Below, in pieces: positions 37,201-50,100 of a stretch of DNA of 64,000 nucleotides (the stretch's first letter is position 1; every line of letters starts with the position of its first letter). Under the pieces are notes generated by a model, which had not been told where the DNA came from, did no database searches, and was given only the letters and a program-made list of their open reading frames with translations. The stretch lies in the NCBI GenBank assembly GCA_051294375.1, contig CM119267.1, positions 26,117,293-26,181,292 on the forward strand, read 5' to 3'. The position numbers and the translations under genes are program-made. This DNA comes from Paraspadella gotoi. Lineage: Eukaryota; Animalia; Chaetognatha.

Positions 37201-37878
37201 ATTTCATTCCGATCCAACCAGCCAATCACAAGTTATTGGGGCTTTTTGCTAAGGTGGGACGGATGGATGGATTGATTGACTGATTAATTAATTAGTGATT
37301 AATTAATTGACTAATTGATTAATTAACTAATTAATTATTTGATTTATTAATACATCCTGCATATACATTTAATATAAAAGAAAAAAATCATAATCAATTA
37401 GTGAAACAGGTTTTTTGTTTTTTTCCATTTAAACTCATTTCCACTCAAACGATTCCATCGAAACTTGGTTTCCTGTTCAAGCACACACTTTCCTACTGCA
37501 TACAAAATTCCAGGTCAATCGCCCCATCCACTCATGAGCAATTGGTGTTCAAATAGTGAATTATATTTTTTTGTTTTTTCCATTTAAACTCATTTCCACT
37601 CGGACGATTCCATCGAAACTTAATATCCAGCTCAATCACACACTTACCTATCCACACACAAAATTTCATTTAAATCCATCCATCCAATCACGAGTAATTG
37701 GTGTTTTTTGCTAAGGTGGGACGGACGGACGGACGGACATCATTTTTTTTGCATAATTTATCATAATTCGATGTTCTGACATGATATAAGTTAGTGCCCG
37801 ACAATATTGAGGGGGCGGACCGACGGACCGACAAAGTGAATTATAGAGTCGGGATCTGCTGATAAGCAGAACCGACTA
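34203..37878 (-). mobile_element. HINE copy interrupted by a foldback element
   Basis: 3' hairpin end at 34203 and 5' palindrome at about 37847-37878. Host sequence is continuous across the 34638-37061 insert. Confidence 0.8.
34638..37061. mobile_element. Foldback DNA transposon with 800-850-bp TIRs
   Basis: Arms at about 34638-35487 and 36255-37061 are reverse complements (TAGACACATTTAAATCCG...CGGATTTAAATGTGTCTA). TSD GTATTTAT (8 bp), alternatively read as AGTATTTATT (10 bp). No transposase. Confidence 0.88.
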
Positions 37879-38416
37879 ATAATGATTGCTGGCGATTCTC
37901 ATAAAATCACCTCCAACAATTTTTCTGAGTAATATTAACAATCAACTAATTGTCACGCAAATTTTTTTTCGGGGTGAAAGTCAAAGATTTACTCACATGT
38001 TTTATTAAAAATGTTTTCAAAATTATAAATCGTTAACATACAATTTTGAACCATTCAATGCTGACCAGGTGGTGAGAGAGTCATTATATATGTGTTTTAT
38101 TCGTTTACAACAATTAGTTGAAACAGTACATTCAAAAGGGCATACATCATTACAGATAAACGCATAAATTGTACAGTTTACAATTCAACAAAATATAAAT
38201 ATTTAAATTAACATTAAAGAGGGCGTTAATATTTAGGTTTTTTTTAGTTGTTTTGTTACTGGATTTAACGGAGAGTCTTAGTGAAAGTCATTAAATATTT
38301 TAAGACAGAGATGGGCGAGTTCCCGCTTGACATTATCCGCAAGGATCGAACAACATCCGAGATGAGGACGATTGAGGAATGAACTTTTTCCTCTTCCTCC
38401 TCTTCCTCCTCTAGCG

Positions 38417-41235
38417 ATGCCGGGCGGAGGAGAAGTCTTTTCCTGTCCCGAACCAAATTGCGGAATGAGCTTCGAAGAGGAGGCGGCGCTGGCGTCTCAT
38501 CGCCAGCGACACCAAATGCGCCTCCGAATTCCCCACTCTTGGGTCGATGGTGGAGCTTTGCTCAGGTCCGCCTTTCTCGCTAATATTTAATATTATATAA
38601 TCTTTTGATAGTTTGTTTAAAATATAAATTTGAAATGGCAAGAGATCTTTAATACGTGTCTAAGTCAATGAAAATAATTTAGCTGAACAGAACCCTTATT
38701 AACTAATACTTATAATGTTGAATGTTGAAGTTGCATACCGTCACAGCAATATCAGCAATAATGCTTTAGGTTCATAGTAGCATTCGGCCCTGTTTTATCT
38801 GCAGTCTTTCCAACAAAGAATATCAAGTTAATTTTAACTCTTATCTCGCTTAGCTTTTCCCACCTAACTACACCTTACCTACTTTCCCTTAACAATTTCT
38901 TGTCGCAGCGAGAAAAGTCCAAAACTCTACGGTTTCACGGACCAAACTCCGACACCGTCAAAACTTTTCCGTATGAGCGCCATAGACGACGACGACGACG
39001 ACGATGATGACGACGCGCACTCTAATCCGTTTGATCAAGTTTTTCAGCAGGTGACTCAACTTAGTTTGGTTGATAGAAGGATGTTAAACGTAAAAAATAG
39101 AATGCTCAATCCTAAACAATTAGTTATTTAATTAGCTGTTAGTATATTAAATATATATATAATATATACATATTTTAAGAAAGCAATACATACATGTTTA
39201 AAGAATATAGATTAAAAAGTAAATCCTTCATAAAATATAAAAATAGAAAATAGTGAAACAAGTAATTTGCAACTTTTTATAGTGAAATATTTATACGTTT
39301 TAATTTAAAAGGCATTGTCGCGTGGCGGAAGTGGCGTTACTTCATCGACGACGTCCACTTGTGGGGGTGAACTTAATACACCCGTCGTGATTTGGTCTAG
39401 GTAGAAGTTAATAACAATTAATATTGACTAGAATTCATTCTTTAATCTTATATAAAATAACCACCAGATCTCGGACGAATCATGTAAGTTCCAGCGAAAA
39501 GTCTAAACAGACGAGGAAGTTAAAAACAAAGACGACGAAGGCGAACTCGACCGAGTTTGAAATTCAGTCGTCGTCGTCGTCGTCGGTCATTGACTCGGTG
39601 ACGAAAATCACTCCTTCCTCTTTCCCCTCCTCCTCCTCCTCCTCCTCTTCTTCTTCATTCCCCTTCATCAAACTCCCAATCTCTCCCCTCACTCCTCCCG
39701 TTTTCTCCTCCTCTACCCTTCCCCTCTCTACCCGATCTCCCTGGGACGCGGATCACCCTTACCCGACAACGATCTCCACCATCGTGGAGCACCTGACCAG
39801 CGAAGAGTCCCTCGTTCCCGACGCCTCCGCAGAGACGACCGCGCCCACCCAAGCTTGCTCGAACGATTCGTCCGACGTCTGCAGTCCGACCAAGAAGTTT
39901 CTTCTTTGGGAGGAGAAGTCGCGCGCGGCGGGAAAACGTGGAGAATCGTCGACATCACGTCCCCCGATCCTTCGCCTTCCGTCGTGGAACCGTCTCTTCA
40001 GCGACGCCGTCGACACGCCCACCATCGTCGACATCATCGCCGAAGTTCAAGAAAAAGCGGCGACGGCGACGGCGTCTGCTTCGCTCTCTGAAAATGCGTC
40101 ATCGACGACGGTGTCCGACGGATTTCCCTCGAAAACCAAACTTGAGTTTTTGTTAAAGTCAGAGAAAGATTTGGGTCCGTTGGAAGTGAAAACGGTTTCG
40201 CCTTCTGAGTTGAAAACCACTTCAACGATTTCTGCTCCAATAAAAACTAAAAGTACGCTAACTTGCTACTCCTCGTTACAATCCACTCCTCTAGTCACAT
40301 CGTCGCTCTCCGCACAATCTTCGCCCAATAATTCAGCGCCGCTTTCTGAGTCGTCGCTCCTTCCGGCCCCACCGCCGCTAAAGCCTGCAATAATCGCGGC
40401 TCCGTCCACTTCCGGCCTCGCAAACGGTGTGGGATTGAACCTGCCATTGGCGCCCGTTAATCTATTGCCCCGCAGTGTCGGTGCTGCCTCTAATCGCCTC
40501 ATTTTGGTACCGACGCCACTGGTCGCTTCCGCTGACGTTGAAGATTCCATTCCAACCGGCACCTTTATTGTTGCAACAAGAGATTTAAATGCGGAACCTC
40601 GAACCGTCGAGCCGAAGTCCTTGAAGGTATCCTCCGCGGCGTCTCTGACGGCCGCTAAGATGTCCCCACTACTAATGAATGAATCTCGACGCCGACTTCC
40701 CCAAAAACTTCAACTGCCCTCTGACGGTCTCTCCTTCTCTTTCGGAGGCTTTCATTTTGCCGGCGCTCGATCGAACCGCGCCGTCTCTGATGCACGTCCA
40801 TCCTCAGAATCCGACGCAGTAGAAAAAGGTGTCTCGTGTTCTCACGCCAAACTTGTCGTTCCCCCCTCCGTCCCGCCTCTCGTCACTAAACTGACGTCGG
40901 ACGACTCCGGGCGCTTAATCGCGTCCCCGCCGACGGCCTATGGTAACGCTCCGAAAAAACGGCGCTTGTTGGGGCAGAAAAATCGAGGCGGCGGCGTCGA
41001 CGAGGATGAGGAGACTGACGCGGAGGAAAAACGACAAAAAGTCCTGGAACGCGGTCGCGCCGCCGTCCATCGCTACAGACTCAGGAAGAAAAATCGTTTC
41101 GTCGAACTGGAGCGAAGGTGCGCCGCTCAGGAGGTCGTCATTGGAGATCTTCGGAGGGAGAACGCCGCATTGGCGAAGGAGTTGGCGAGGGTGGAGGCGA
41201 CTTTAGCTAAATTAAGGGGAGAGGGTGTGGGATAA
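38417..41235 (+). CDS. ATF2: ATF2/ATF7/CREB5-family C2H2-bZIP transcription factor
   Basis: Exons 38417-38565 (FSCPEPNCGMSF...LASHRQRHQM zinc finger), 38909-39050 (DQTPTP, NPFD), 39312-39400 (LNTP) and 39468-41235 (EEKRQKVLERGRAAVHRYR plus zipper). Splice phases are consistent. Confidence 0.85.
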
Positions 41236-41429
41236 AGAGGCATCAAGGTCGTAGTATTTTTGCTTAAATGTCGTTCTCGCTCAAATTTCCATTTTCTATT
41301 CGTACATTTTGCCTATTAATCGTCGAGTTTTTACTTGTGATGACATAGTTTTTCGTTTTACTTCTTCCTAGGGAGTTGATTATTTATCTCATATGTTTTC
41401 GTGGCTGTGATTAATCTTTTACTCGATCG

Positions 41430-42559
41430 ATGGGTTCGACGCTTTCCACCTTTGCGTCGCTCGAGAACTTGAGCCACGCCTTCAGCGGCGCCGTCGCCAG
41501 CGTCGTCGCCATCTCCGTCTTTTTCCCTTTGGAGACAATCCGTGTCAGGAAGCAAGTCGACGTTCGATCTTTAGTCAGGCAAAGTCGGCATCCATTGCAG
41601 GTTCTGCGCATTTTGTCGCCTGAAAAGGAAGAAAAATCGAAGATGAATTCTTACTTAATTTTTAGAATATTTTTGTCGCCATTTTCGACGTTTATCACGC
41701 GGAGGGCGTTGCCGGTCTTTACCGCGGCTACATCGCCGTCGTCTCTGCTTTATGCTGCAGCAACTTCGTCTACTTCTATTCCTTAGCGGCGCTAAAACGA
41801 TTGATCGCCCCGCTACGAGTTGACACGTCCGCCGACCGCGACGCCGTTCTCGATCTATCGACGGCGCTTATCGCCGGCGTCGTCAACGTTCTGATCACGA
41901 CGCCGCTTTGGGTTGTTAACACACGACTTAAGCTTCAGGGCGTACGAATAGAGAAGAAAGAGGAAGGGGTGATTGGTAGCGGTGGGACTTGCGGAGACCA
42001 CGAGCCTCATGTTCATAGTTATAACGATAAATTCAATTCTCGAATTCGTTTTGATTCTTCGACGAGGGATAGACACATGAGACCGACCTCTTCACGTTCC
42101 AAGTATTATGGCGTCTTTCACGCCCTACGCCTCATTCGGAGAGAGGAAGGCCTGGCTGCCCTCTACGCCGGCACCTTGCCTTCCCTTCTTCTCGTTCTCA
42201 ATCCTGCCCTCCAGTGGATGTGCTACGAATTCCTTAAACGTCTGGCACTTCGCCGACTGACTGATGGCACCAAGGATCTCGGTTCCGGCGTCGTCTTCTT
42301 TATTTCTGCGCTCGCTAAACTCTTGAGCACCGTCGTCACCTACCCGCTCCAAGTGGTGCAGACCCGAATGAGGTTTCTTGGCGGTGGAGGCGTCCGAAGC
42401 GGCGAGTCTCTACTTTCAACGTTGAAGGCCTTGTGGGGAGAGGGCGGATTCTACAAAGGATTGGACTCAAAATTAGCACAGACCGTTATGACGGCGGCTT
42501 TTATGTTCTCTGTTTACGAGAAAACCCTCGCCATAATTTTACGTCGATCCTTGACGTGA
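41430..42559 (+). CDS. SLC25A17: Peroxisomal carrier PMP34 (mitochondrial carrier family)
   Basis: Exons 41430-41600 and 41666-42559. Motifs FFPLETIRVR, LCCSNFVYFY, TTPLWVVNTRLKLQG, LVLNPALQ and TYPLQVVQTR. Confidence 0.93.
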
Positions 42560-42727
42560 GGTGGTCAGAAAAGTTAAACGGTCGTAAATCTTTGAATTAT
42601 TTTGATATTGTACTATCTATCTTTGAATTTTATTGTTATAGTTATTGTAATTTAATTCGAGGATTTTGCTCTTTTTTTTTTTTTTTTTGTGATTTTTAGC
42701 ATTGGTTTTTGTCTGGATTCTCGGGCC

Positions 42728-42898
42728 ATGTTTTCCTTCATTCCGCTTCCCGCGCGTAAGAGGATTAACACTGTGATTCAAGTCGGCAAGAAAGTCTTCC
42801 ATTTTGGCTACATCCCCGTCGTCCTCTACCTCGGCTTCAAGAAAGGCGCCGACAAGGGGATGCCAGGCCTCACTCCTCTTAGTCTTTTGTGGCAGTAG
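42728..42898 (+). CDS. TOMM7: Mitochondrial import receptor subunit TOM7, 56 aa
   Basis: FHFGYIPVVLYLGFKKGADKGMPGLTPLSLLW matches the animal TOM7 pattern (GFIPLVIYLGFKRGADPGMP...SLLW). Confidence 0.93.
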   Translation: MFSFIPLPARKRINTVIQVGKKVFHFGYIPVVLYLGFKKGADKGMPGLTPLSLLWQ

Positions 42899-43238
42899 AA
42901 GCGCGCGGAGGCATCATTGGTGGAGCCGCTGCAGCAAAGAGGGGGAAACTGGAAAAGAGCGATGGAAGTGAAAAGGAGAAAAGAGCGAAGGGATTTTAAA
43001 CGGGAATGAAGCTATGAAAGTTTTTTCTGCGCGACGCAAGAATCTAAATGTGACTGTCCTTTAATTTCCACTAAAATCATTGTTATCTTTTCGACTTCTG
43101 CGTAGTCTTTTCGTGCATAATTGAAAATGATACTTTTGAAACTAAAGATAAAAAAAATGGCGATACTCTATCAGAGAATTTATCTCTGGATTGCTTGATC
43201 TATTAAATCTCCGTCGGTCGGTCGTTCGCGGAAAGACA

Positions 43239-46200
43239 ATGGACAGCTACATTCTTTCAGTAACGTTGGAAGTGGGGATCTGGGCCTTATATTCGGGCAT
43301 CGCCTATCTCACAGCCGAGTATTGTTTGAGGTAAACTCAACATAATAATGGTAAATTCTGTATATGTTCTTATCGTTAAACATCAAATAATAAAATTTCT
43401 AATAATAAGGCGCTACGAACGACGGCGCCCCAAACGATACGCGGCCGTCTCCACTTCCTCCTCTGGGGGCGATGTCGAGCTCGACATTTTAAGTAGGGAC
43501 GGCGGCGGTGGAAGCGGCAGCGGCGCTCAGCACGTTCCCGTAAACTCCGCTCGTCGCCCTCCCTGTTGTAAATCCTTTTTGGCTGCGTGCATTTCGTTAA
43601 ACTTTTGTTGCTCCGATGGCGACGAAACTGTACCGATGCGGCGAGGCGTCGGCGGCGGACGCAGAGGCCACCGTGCGCGTGAAAGTCAGCGACAGCTGCT
43701 TTCGAGTTTGGCGTCGAAGAGAGACTCGACTGCAGAGGAAAATTCGATCGGCGACGTCAAGGAAAACGGGATCCATCATGACGCTGGTGAGAGAGCGAGC
43801 GAGCGAGCGAGCGAGCGAACAAACAAACAAGCTGACATTACAAGATGTAAGGGATCGATTGAGCGGTTTTCTCATTTCTGCCTGGATTTAATTCTATTTT
43901 GTCAGTCGTCCGTTCGAGGGAATCTGCAAACAATCTGGCTCTTCTTGACCTCACCTCCTCCCCCTCCACCGCCCCCACCACTTCGCCTCTTACCCCCGGA
44001 TTCACTTTTCGCCTCCCTCCCACTCTGGCTTCCGTCTCCAGACGTGACTCCCGCTTCAGACGACGTGCGTCGCGCTGCGGTCGTCGCTGCGCCGTTTTTC
44101 TTCTCTTTATCTTTGTTGGTTATTTAATGACGGCGTTGAGCGCCATCATCGTCTATCGCGCCTCCGAACATTTTGTCCTTTACAGCGACGCCGTTCGGTG
44201 TCCAAACGTCACCTTCGATCCCGCGAGCCAAGACTTTGACCCTTCAAAGGTTCGTCAAAGAGAAGATCAGGTTTAGGAACAAATCGAGAACACTTATTTT
44301 TCTCTTAAGGTCGCCGTGGAGGACAGAGAGAATTGCGCCTACTTTTTCGCCCCTAATTCCTCAACTTCCTTCGAGGACGTCTTCGTCGACGTCTCCGGCA
44401 CAGCAGTTCACGCCTGGTGGATTCGTGCCGACCCTTCGGGGCCTTATTACCGTCCCCCGGGTCGTGACGGCCCCCGCGCTCTCCTTTACACGCACGGAAA
44501 CGCGGACAACCTCTCCTTCTTTAAAAAACTCTACTCGTTCGTGTCCGTACTCGGACTCGACGTTCTCGCTTGGGACTACCCAGGATTCGGCCGGAGCGGC
44601 GGCCGCCCCTCGGAGCGGCTCATCGACGCCGCCGCCGACGAGATGATGGCCTGGCTTATCAACAGTCGCGGGTTCGATCCCGCCCATGTCGTGCTATGGG
44701 GGTGAGGCCACTTAGGCCAGTCAGGCGCTAGAGAATATGAACAGAAAGACCTAACATTGCTCTAGATAAAAAAACGTTTCATTTTTCTCATATTTGGCGG
44801 GGGATAATTTTAACCGTTTTTATTATATATTATTGTTTATTTATTTATATGCCGAATGAAGTAAAAAAATTTTGTATAATTGATATGTTGATATTCTATT
44901 GTTATCACCTAAAATAATCCTAGACTATCTAGGAAAAAAGTATATGACATCATTCATTTATTCAATAAAAAGTATATAAAATATGGGTAAAACATTATGA
45001 TGATTTTCTCAATATTTGGTATACCCTTCCTCGGCATTAATTACTGCCTTTGTTTGGGTATGCTCTTATACAGCAAATTGAGGTATTACAGTGAAATGTT
45101 TTTCGATATCTTTAACGCAATTCTGCACAGCCCCGATATTAACGTTCCGCATCTTTCCCTCTTTTCTGAGAGTTATAATAATACTTTTTTGAACCAGAAA
45201 GAGGTGCAAGGCCTTTAGCATTGCCAAATTAAAAAAATATTAAAAAAATAACCAACTCTATTTAAAATAAAAACAAATAATAATATCAAAAAAGGTAGAA
45301 AATAAAATTCTTTTTTTTTTCGCCATTTTTCATTTGAAGTAACAATATTTTTTTGCCTGTAACTTCTAAACTATTTGACCTTAAAAAAAAAGAAGGAAGC
45401 TGATTTTTTTTAAATTAAATATGTTTTCGAGTAGATATCTTTTATTATAAATGTCATATACTTTTTTCCTAGATAGTAGTTTAGAAATAATGTACAGAAG
45501 GCTTCATATTATATAATGTGGTACCCCTTTTTTGTGACCAGAATCTGTTCCCACCAAACTATTGATCGAATTTCATGAAATTTAACATTTAGACTTCTTA
45601 TGACAATATAAATGGAACTATCGAGGCAAATTTTAATATTCAACCCCTGACAAGAGATACAGGGCCCTGGTCAGGACCCCTGGTGTGCCAAAAAAGGCTA
45701 AAATGTTTTTTTTTTAATTTTTTTTTTTTTAGTAGAATCAGGTTCATCAATGTTTTAAACATATAAAAATATTTTTTTAAATAAAAATTAATAAATTTTT
45801 TGCTAATTAATCGGTGTTTGAATATGCATGGTTCATCATTTTTCTCCAAATTTTCCAGAATTATTCCAAATCTGACTTAAACAGCTGATGTTCATGAAGC
45901 TGAAACTTATGGTAAACTAATATTTTTGTGGAAATAAATACATTTTTTGTGGAAGAGTAAACGTCTGGGCAACAGTTCAAAAAAAAAAAAAAAAAAAAAA
46001 AAAAAATTAAAAACAAATTTTGAGTGACCCCTACCGGGCCCCATATCTTGGCTCAGGGGTCAAATATTGAAATTCGCCTCGATATTTCTATTTGTATTCA
46101 CATAGGAATCGTTCATACCAAATTTTATTAAAATCTATTCAATAGTTTTTTCGGAACGTGTTCTGCTTACAAAAAAAAAGGGACCACATTTTATAATATG

Positions 46201-46827
46201 AAGCCTTCTGTATTTATGTAAATTAAAAAATTGGGTTTCTGTTTGATATGGACCATTAATTCGTATGTTTCAATGCACAGATATTCGCTGGGCGGCGCCG
46301 TGACGGCGGAACTGGCGTCGCGGTGGCCCGACGTCCGCGGCGTAGTGATGCAGGCGCCGATCGACTCGGCAGCTCAAGTCGTTCGTTCTTTTCTTCCTCT
46401 TACAGGATGGACGCTCAGCGCCGTCATGACCCAGAGGTGGGCGCGCAGCCAGTGTTGCTCATAATATTTATATTATTCGTAATGAATTGGTTGTTTTGAA
46501 TTAACTCTTTCCATCTTCGATCAACGATCGCCCCTTCTCTTCAGATACGACACGAATCGACTCTTTCCTTCTCTCCGCTCCTGCCTCTTTCAGTTCGTGG
46601 GCGACCGCGATGAGATGTTCTCTCTTCCCCGCAGCTGGGCGCTCTTCCATCGTGCTACGGAAGCCAATCAGAAATGCAAGAAGTTCGTCGAGGTCAAAGG
46701 CCTCGGCCACCTCGAAGACCCTTTAGACCACGCCGATTTTCGACGAGAGGTCCGCGCCTATTTCGACAAGATCTTCAGCCTCACGGAAGGAGGCTCCGTC
46801 CACGAAACTTCTACCAGTCTTCCTTGA
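43239..46827 (+). CDS. Membrane-anchored alpha/beta hydrolase (ABHD12/13/17-like)
   Basis: Exons 43239-43330, 43410-43786, 43906-44249, 44310-44701, 46281-46436 and 46545-46827. Motifs LLYTHGNADN, WDYPGFGRSGGRPSE, nucleophile G-Y-S-L-G across the intron, GDRDE and GLGH triad residues. Two hydrophobic segments. Confidence 0.85.
45495..46210. mobile_element. Tc1/mariner-type MITE in the hydrolase intron
   Basis: TIRs CAGAAGGCTTCATATTAT... / ...ATAATATGAAGCCTTCTG, imperfect over about 85 bp, flanked by TA on both sides. Confidence 0.8.
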
Positions 46828-47199
46828 TCAGCGATCCCCGACTTCGTCCAATTTTTTTTTCCGTTATGGAATTCACCACCACATTTTTCACGTGACTCCA
46901 TTTTATTGCCTCACCATGTGTCTTCGTACCTCGAGCGAAATCAAATCGTTTTTAATTCTTTCTCGATATTTCATCATTGAGTTTGTGTCGTCTATATTTT
47001 TTTTCGTTCGTCAAGGAATTTTTTGTTTTATTCGTAATTTTAATAATTTGTTCACCTCAGAGCAGACGTAATTATAAAATAGTGAAAATAACTGTGTGCT
47101 TTAGTAGTTTTATATAAATCAAAAAAATGAAACACTCGTCGAAAAAGCGAAAAAAAATTTAAAAAGAATTTTCTAAAAAATGATTTTATTTTGCGAAAG

Positions 47200-50100
47200 A
47201 TGTCGTCGTCTCGCGAATTGGATCTGATTTCCGAAAATCTCGAGCGCCGACGCTTTCTTTCATCTGTTCTTCTTCGCGGCGACGACTGCGATGATTTCGA
47301 AAGACTCGACGCCTTTCGCATCTTGACGGCGCTTTGTCGTCGATCCCCTTCCGCCACTGTCGAGGAACTTGAAGAAATCTCAGCCGCGTCAAATTCCTCA
47401 TCGGCGGCGGCGTCGTTTTATCCCAATCCCTTCTCGCCCATCGTCACCGCTTTTCGCGATGCCGAAGCCGTCGAACTACGCACAGAGATTCTCCGCTTCG
47501 TCAACTCTCTTCTTGAGGAGGCGTCAACGAAAGCTGAGCGGGTCAAATTTCGGCGGCGTCTTAAATGCGCCGGTTTTTACGCCATTCTTGAGTCCATCTG
47601 CTGCGATGCCGACGAGGCGTTGAGGCTGCAAAAGGAGGTCTTCGTCGCTCGAAGGAATGTGGATTCGATGGAGTCCGAGATGACGTTGTCTGGCAGCGTT
47701 GACGACGCTTTCCTACTAGTGGAGGATCTCCTTGACCGACTTCCGAACGCGCAAAATCAAAACCTCCTCACTTCGATTCTTCGTCAATTAAGGCGACTTG
47801 ATCAAGACGAACCCCTCACCGACGTCTTGTGGTCCACGTTACACGACGTGGTCGGCGCCGTCGTTGCCTGCCAATCGGCCAAGGAGGCTGCGACTATCTC
47901 GTCTACAATTTCCTATTCTTTGAATGGCGGCGGCCGGAATGGCGTTTCTCCGAGAACCCAGTCTCGACTCGGCTTTTCTGGCGTGGCCGAATTGCTGGCC
48001 GATGAAGTCGCCGGAAGCCGAAACGCCTGGACCGTTTTGAAGGAATCGCATCGACGCGCCAACGCAGAGTGTCTCGACTGCGTGATTGCCCATGATACCT
48101 TGGAGGACGAAAAGGTCAGCCCCGTCCACGCCATGACCGCTCTGCTGCTAAAGGAAACAAATTCTAGTCACGATGACCTGACGGCGCGATTGCGGGAGGC
48201 AGACGCTGCCGCCATCGGTGCCAAGGATTTAAGGCGCCTCAAGGAGTTAGCGGCGGAGTTACAGAGAGTCGGGGATGATGGCGGCGAACACGACGATGTC
48301 GACGAGGAGATTGGAAACTTCTTAAAGGATCTGCAAGGAATCGCGGTAAAAAGATATTTAGTAGTATACTTAATTATAAAGAAGGCTTTATGGCAATAGC
48401 CGGGTTGCTCTCATTCCTATTAGGATGGGGCATCTCACTATTGGCTTTAGGGGCTACCGACCCTCAGTGACGCCTCCAGTCACTGGCGCGGTTACCCTAG
48501 GACGGTCTCGCTTTGCCAACGCTGAGGGAAGTCGTTAGGACTGTGGATGGAACGCAACGCTTGGGATGGTGCGGTCCCCTCTGAGCCAATGGGATTGGCT
48601 GAATGATGGTGCATGTGAGGCGGTGTGAATATACCATCACAATGTGACGTTTTTTTTTGCGACCATACTCGGTTCCGACCAAACCAATATGCCGAATTAA
48701 ATTAAATTTGAGATATAGATTGTAGATTGTAGAAGACTTAAGACTTAAGACCGAATACCCAAGTTATGGGTCACCGTAGGGGCAAGCCATGAGGACAAAA
48801 ATATAATATAAGCGAGTTATGAGCATTTTTAACGTAAGTGGGACAGACCGATGGACAGAAATACCGACAGACCGACCGAAAGGTGACTTATCGAGTTGCT
48901 CCACGAATACTCGCGGCGCAAATAAAAAGAACCATGCATCTTTAAACAGTTTAATTTTATAACCGTCAATTTTAGTTCAAAAGTCAGTTTTCCTTAAGGT
49001 TAAGATATCGAAGCAACTGATTAATTAATTAATTAATTAATCAATTAATTTTAATAATTAATTATAATTTATATTCAGCTTGTCATCATCGATGTCCTTA
49101 AAATTGAGTCAGGACAGTTATTAAATGTTTTGTTTACATTTTATCAACACAAATATCCTCTATTTTATTTTATGTCTCCTTCTCTCTCTCTCACTCTCTC
49201 ACTCTCTCTCTTTCTCCCTCTCTCTCTCACTCTCTCTCTTTCTCTCTCTCTCTCTCTCTTTTTATGCAATTGCGACGATCCTTATGCTTTTAAGATATTT
49301 TTAACTTGCATCATTTTTGCAACTTGCATAATTTTTTCAACTTGCATTCCGTCAAAACTTTATATCTAGCTTCTTCACTCACTTTCCTACCGGCTCACAA
49401 AATTTCATCTCAATCTATCATGGGTTAAAATAAATAAAAAGATTCAAGTAAATGTGACTCATATTTTTTTCATTTAAACTCATTTCCACTGGTACGTTTC
49501 CACCGAAACTTTATATCAAGCTTCGTCACACATTTTCCTACCCACACACAAAATTTCAACTCAATCTATCCATCCAATTATGATTAATTAGAGTATTTAT
49601 TGGTTAAAATAAGTAAAAAGATTTTAGTAAATGCGACTTATGTTTTTTTCCATTTAAACTAATTTCCACTCACACGATTCCATCGAAACTTTATATCCAG
49701 CTTTATCACACACTTTCCTACCCACACACAAAATTTGATTCTAATCCAATCAGCCAATCACGAGTTATTGGAGCTTTTTGCTAAGGTGGGACGGACGGAC
49801 GGACATCATTTTTTTTGCAGGACGGATGGACGAATTGATTGACTGATTAATTAATTATTGATTAATTTATTTACTAATTGATTAATTAACTGATTAATTA
49901 TTTGATTTATTAATACATCCTGCATATACATTTAATAAAAAGGAAAAAGAAGCATAATCAATTAGTGAAACAGGTTTTTGTTTTTTTTCCATTTAAACTC
50001 ATTTCCACTCGGACGATTCTATCGAAACTTCATATCCAGCTCAATCACACACTTACCTATCCACACACAAAATTTTATTCAAATCCATCCATCCAATCAC

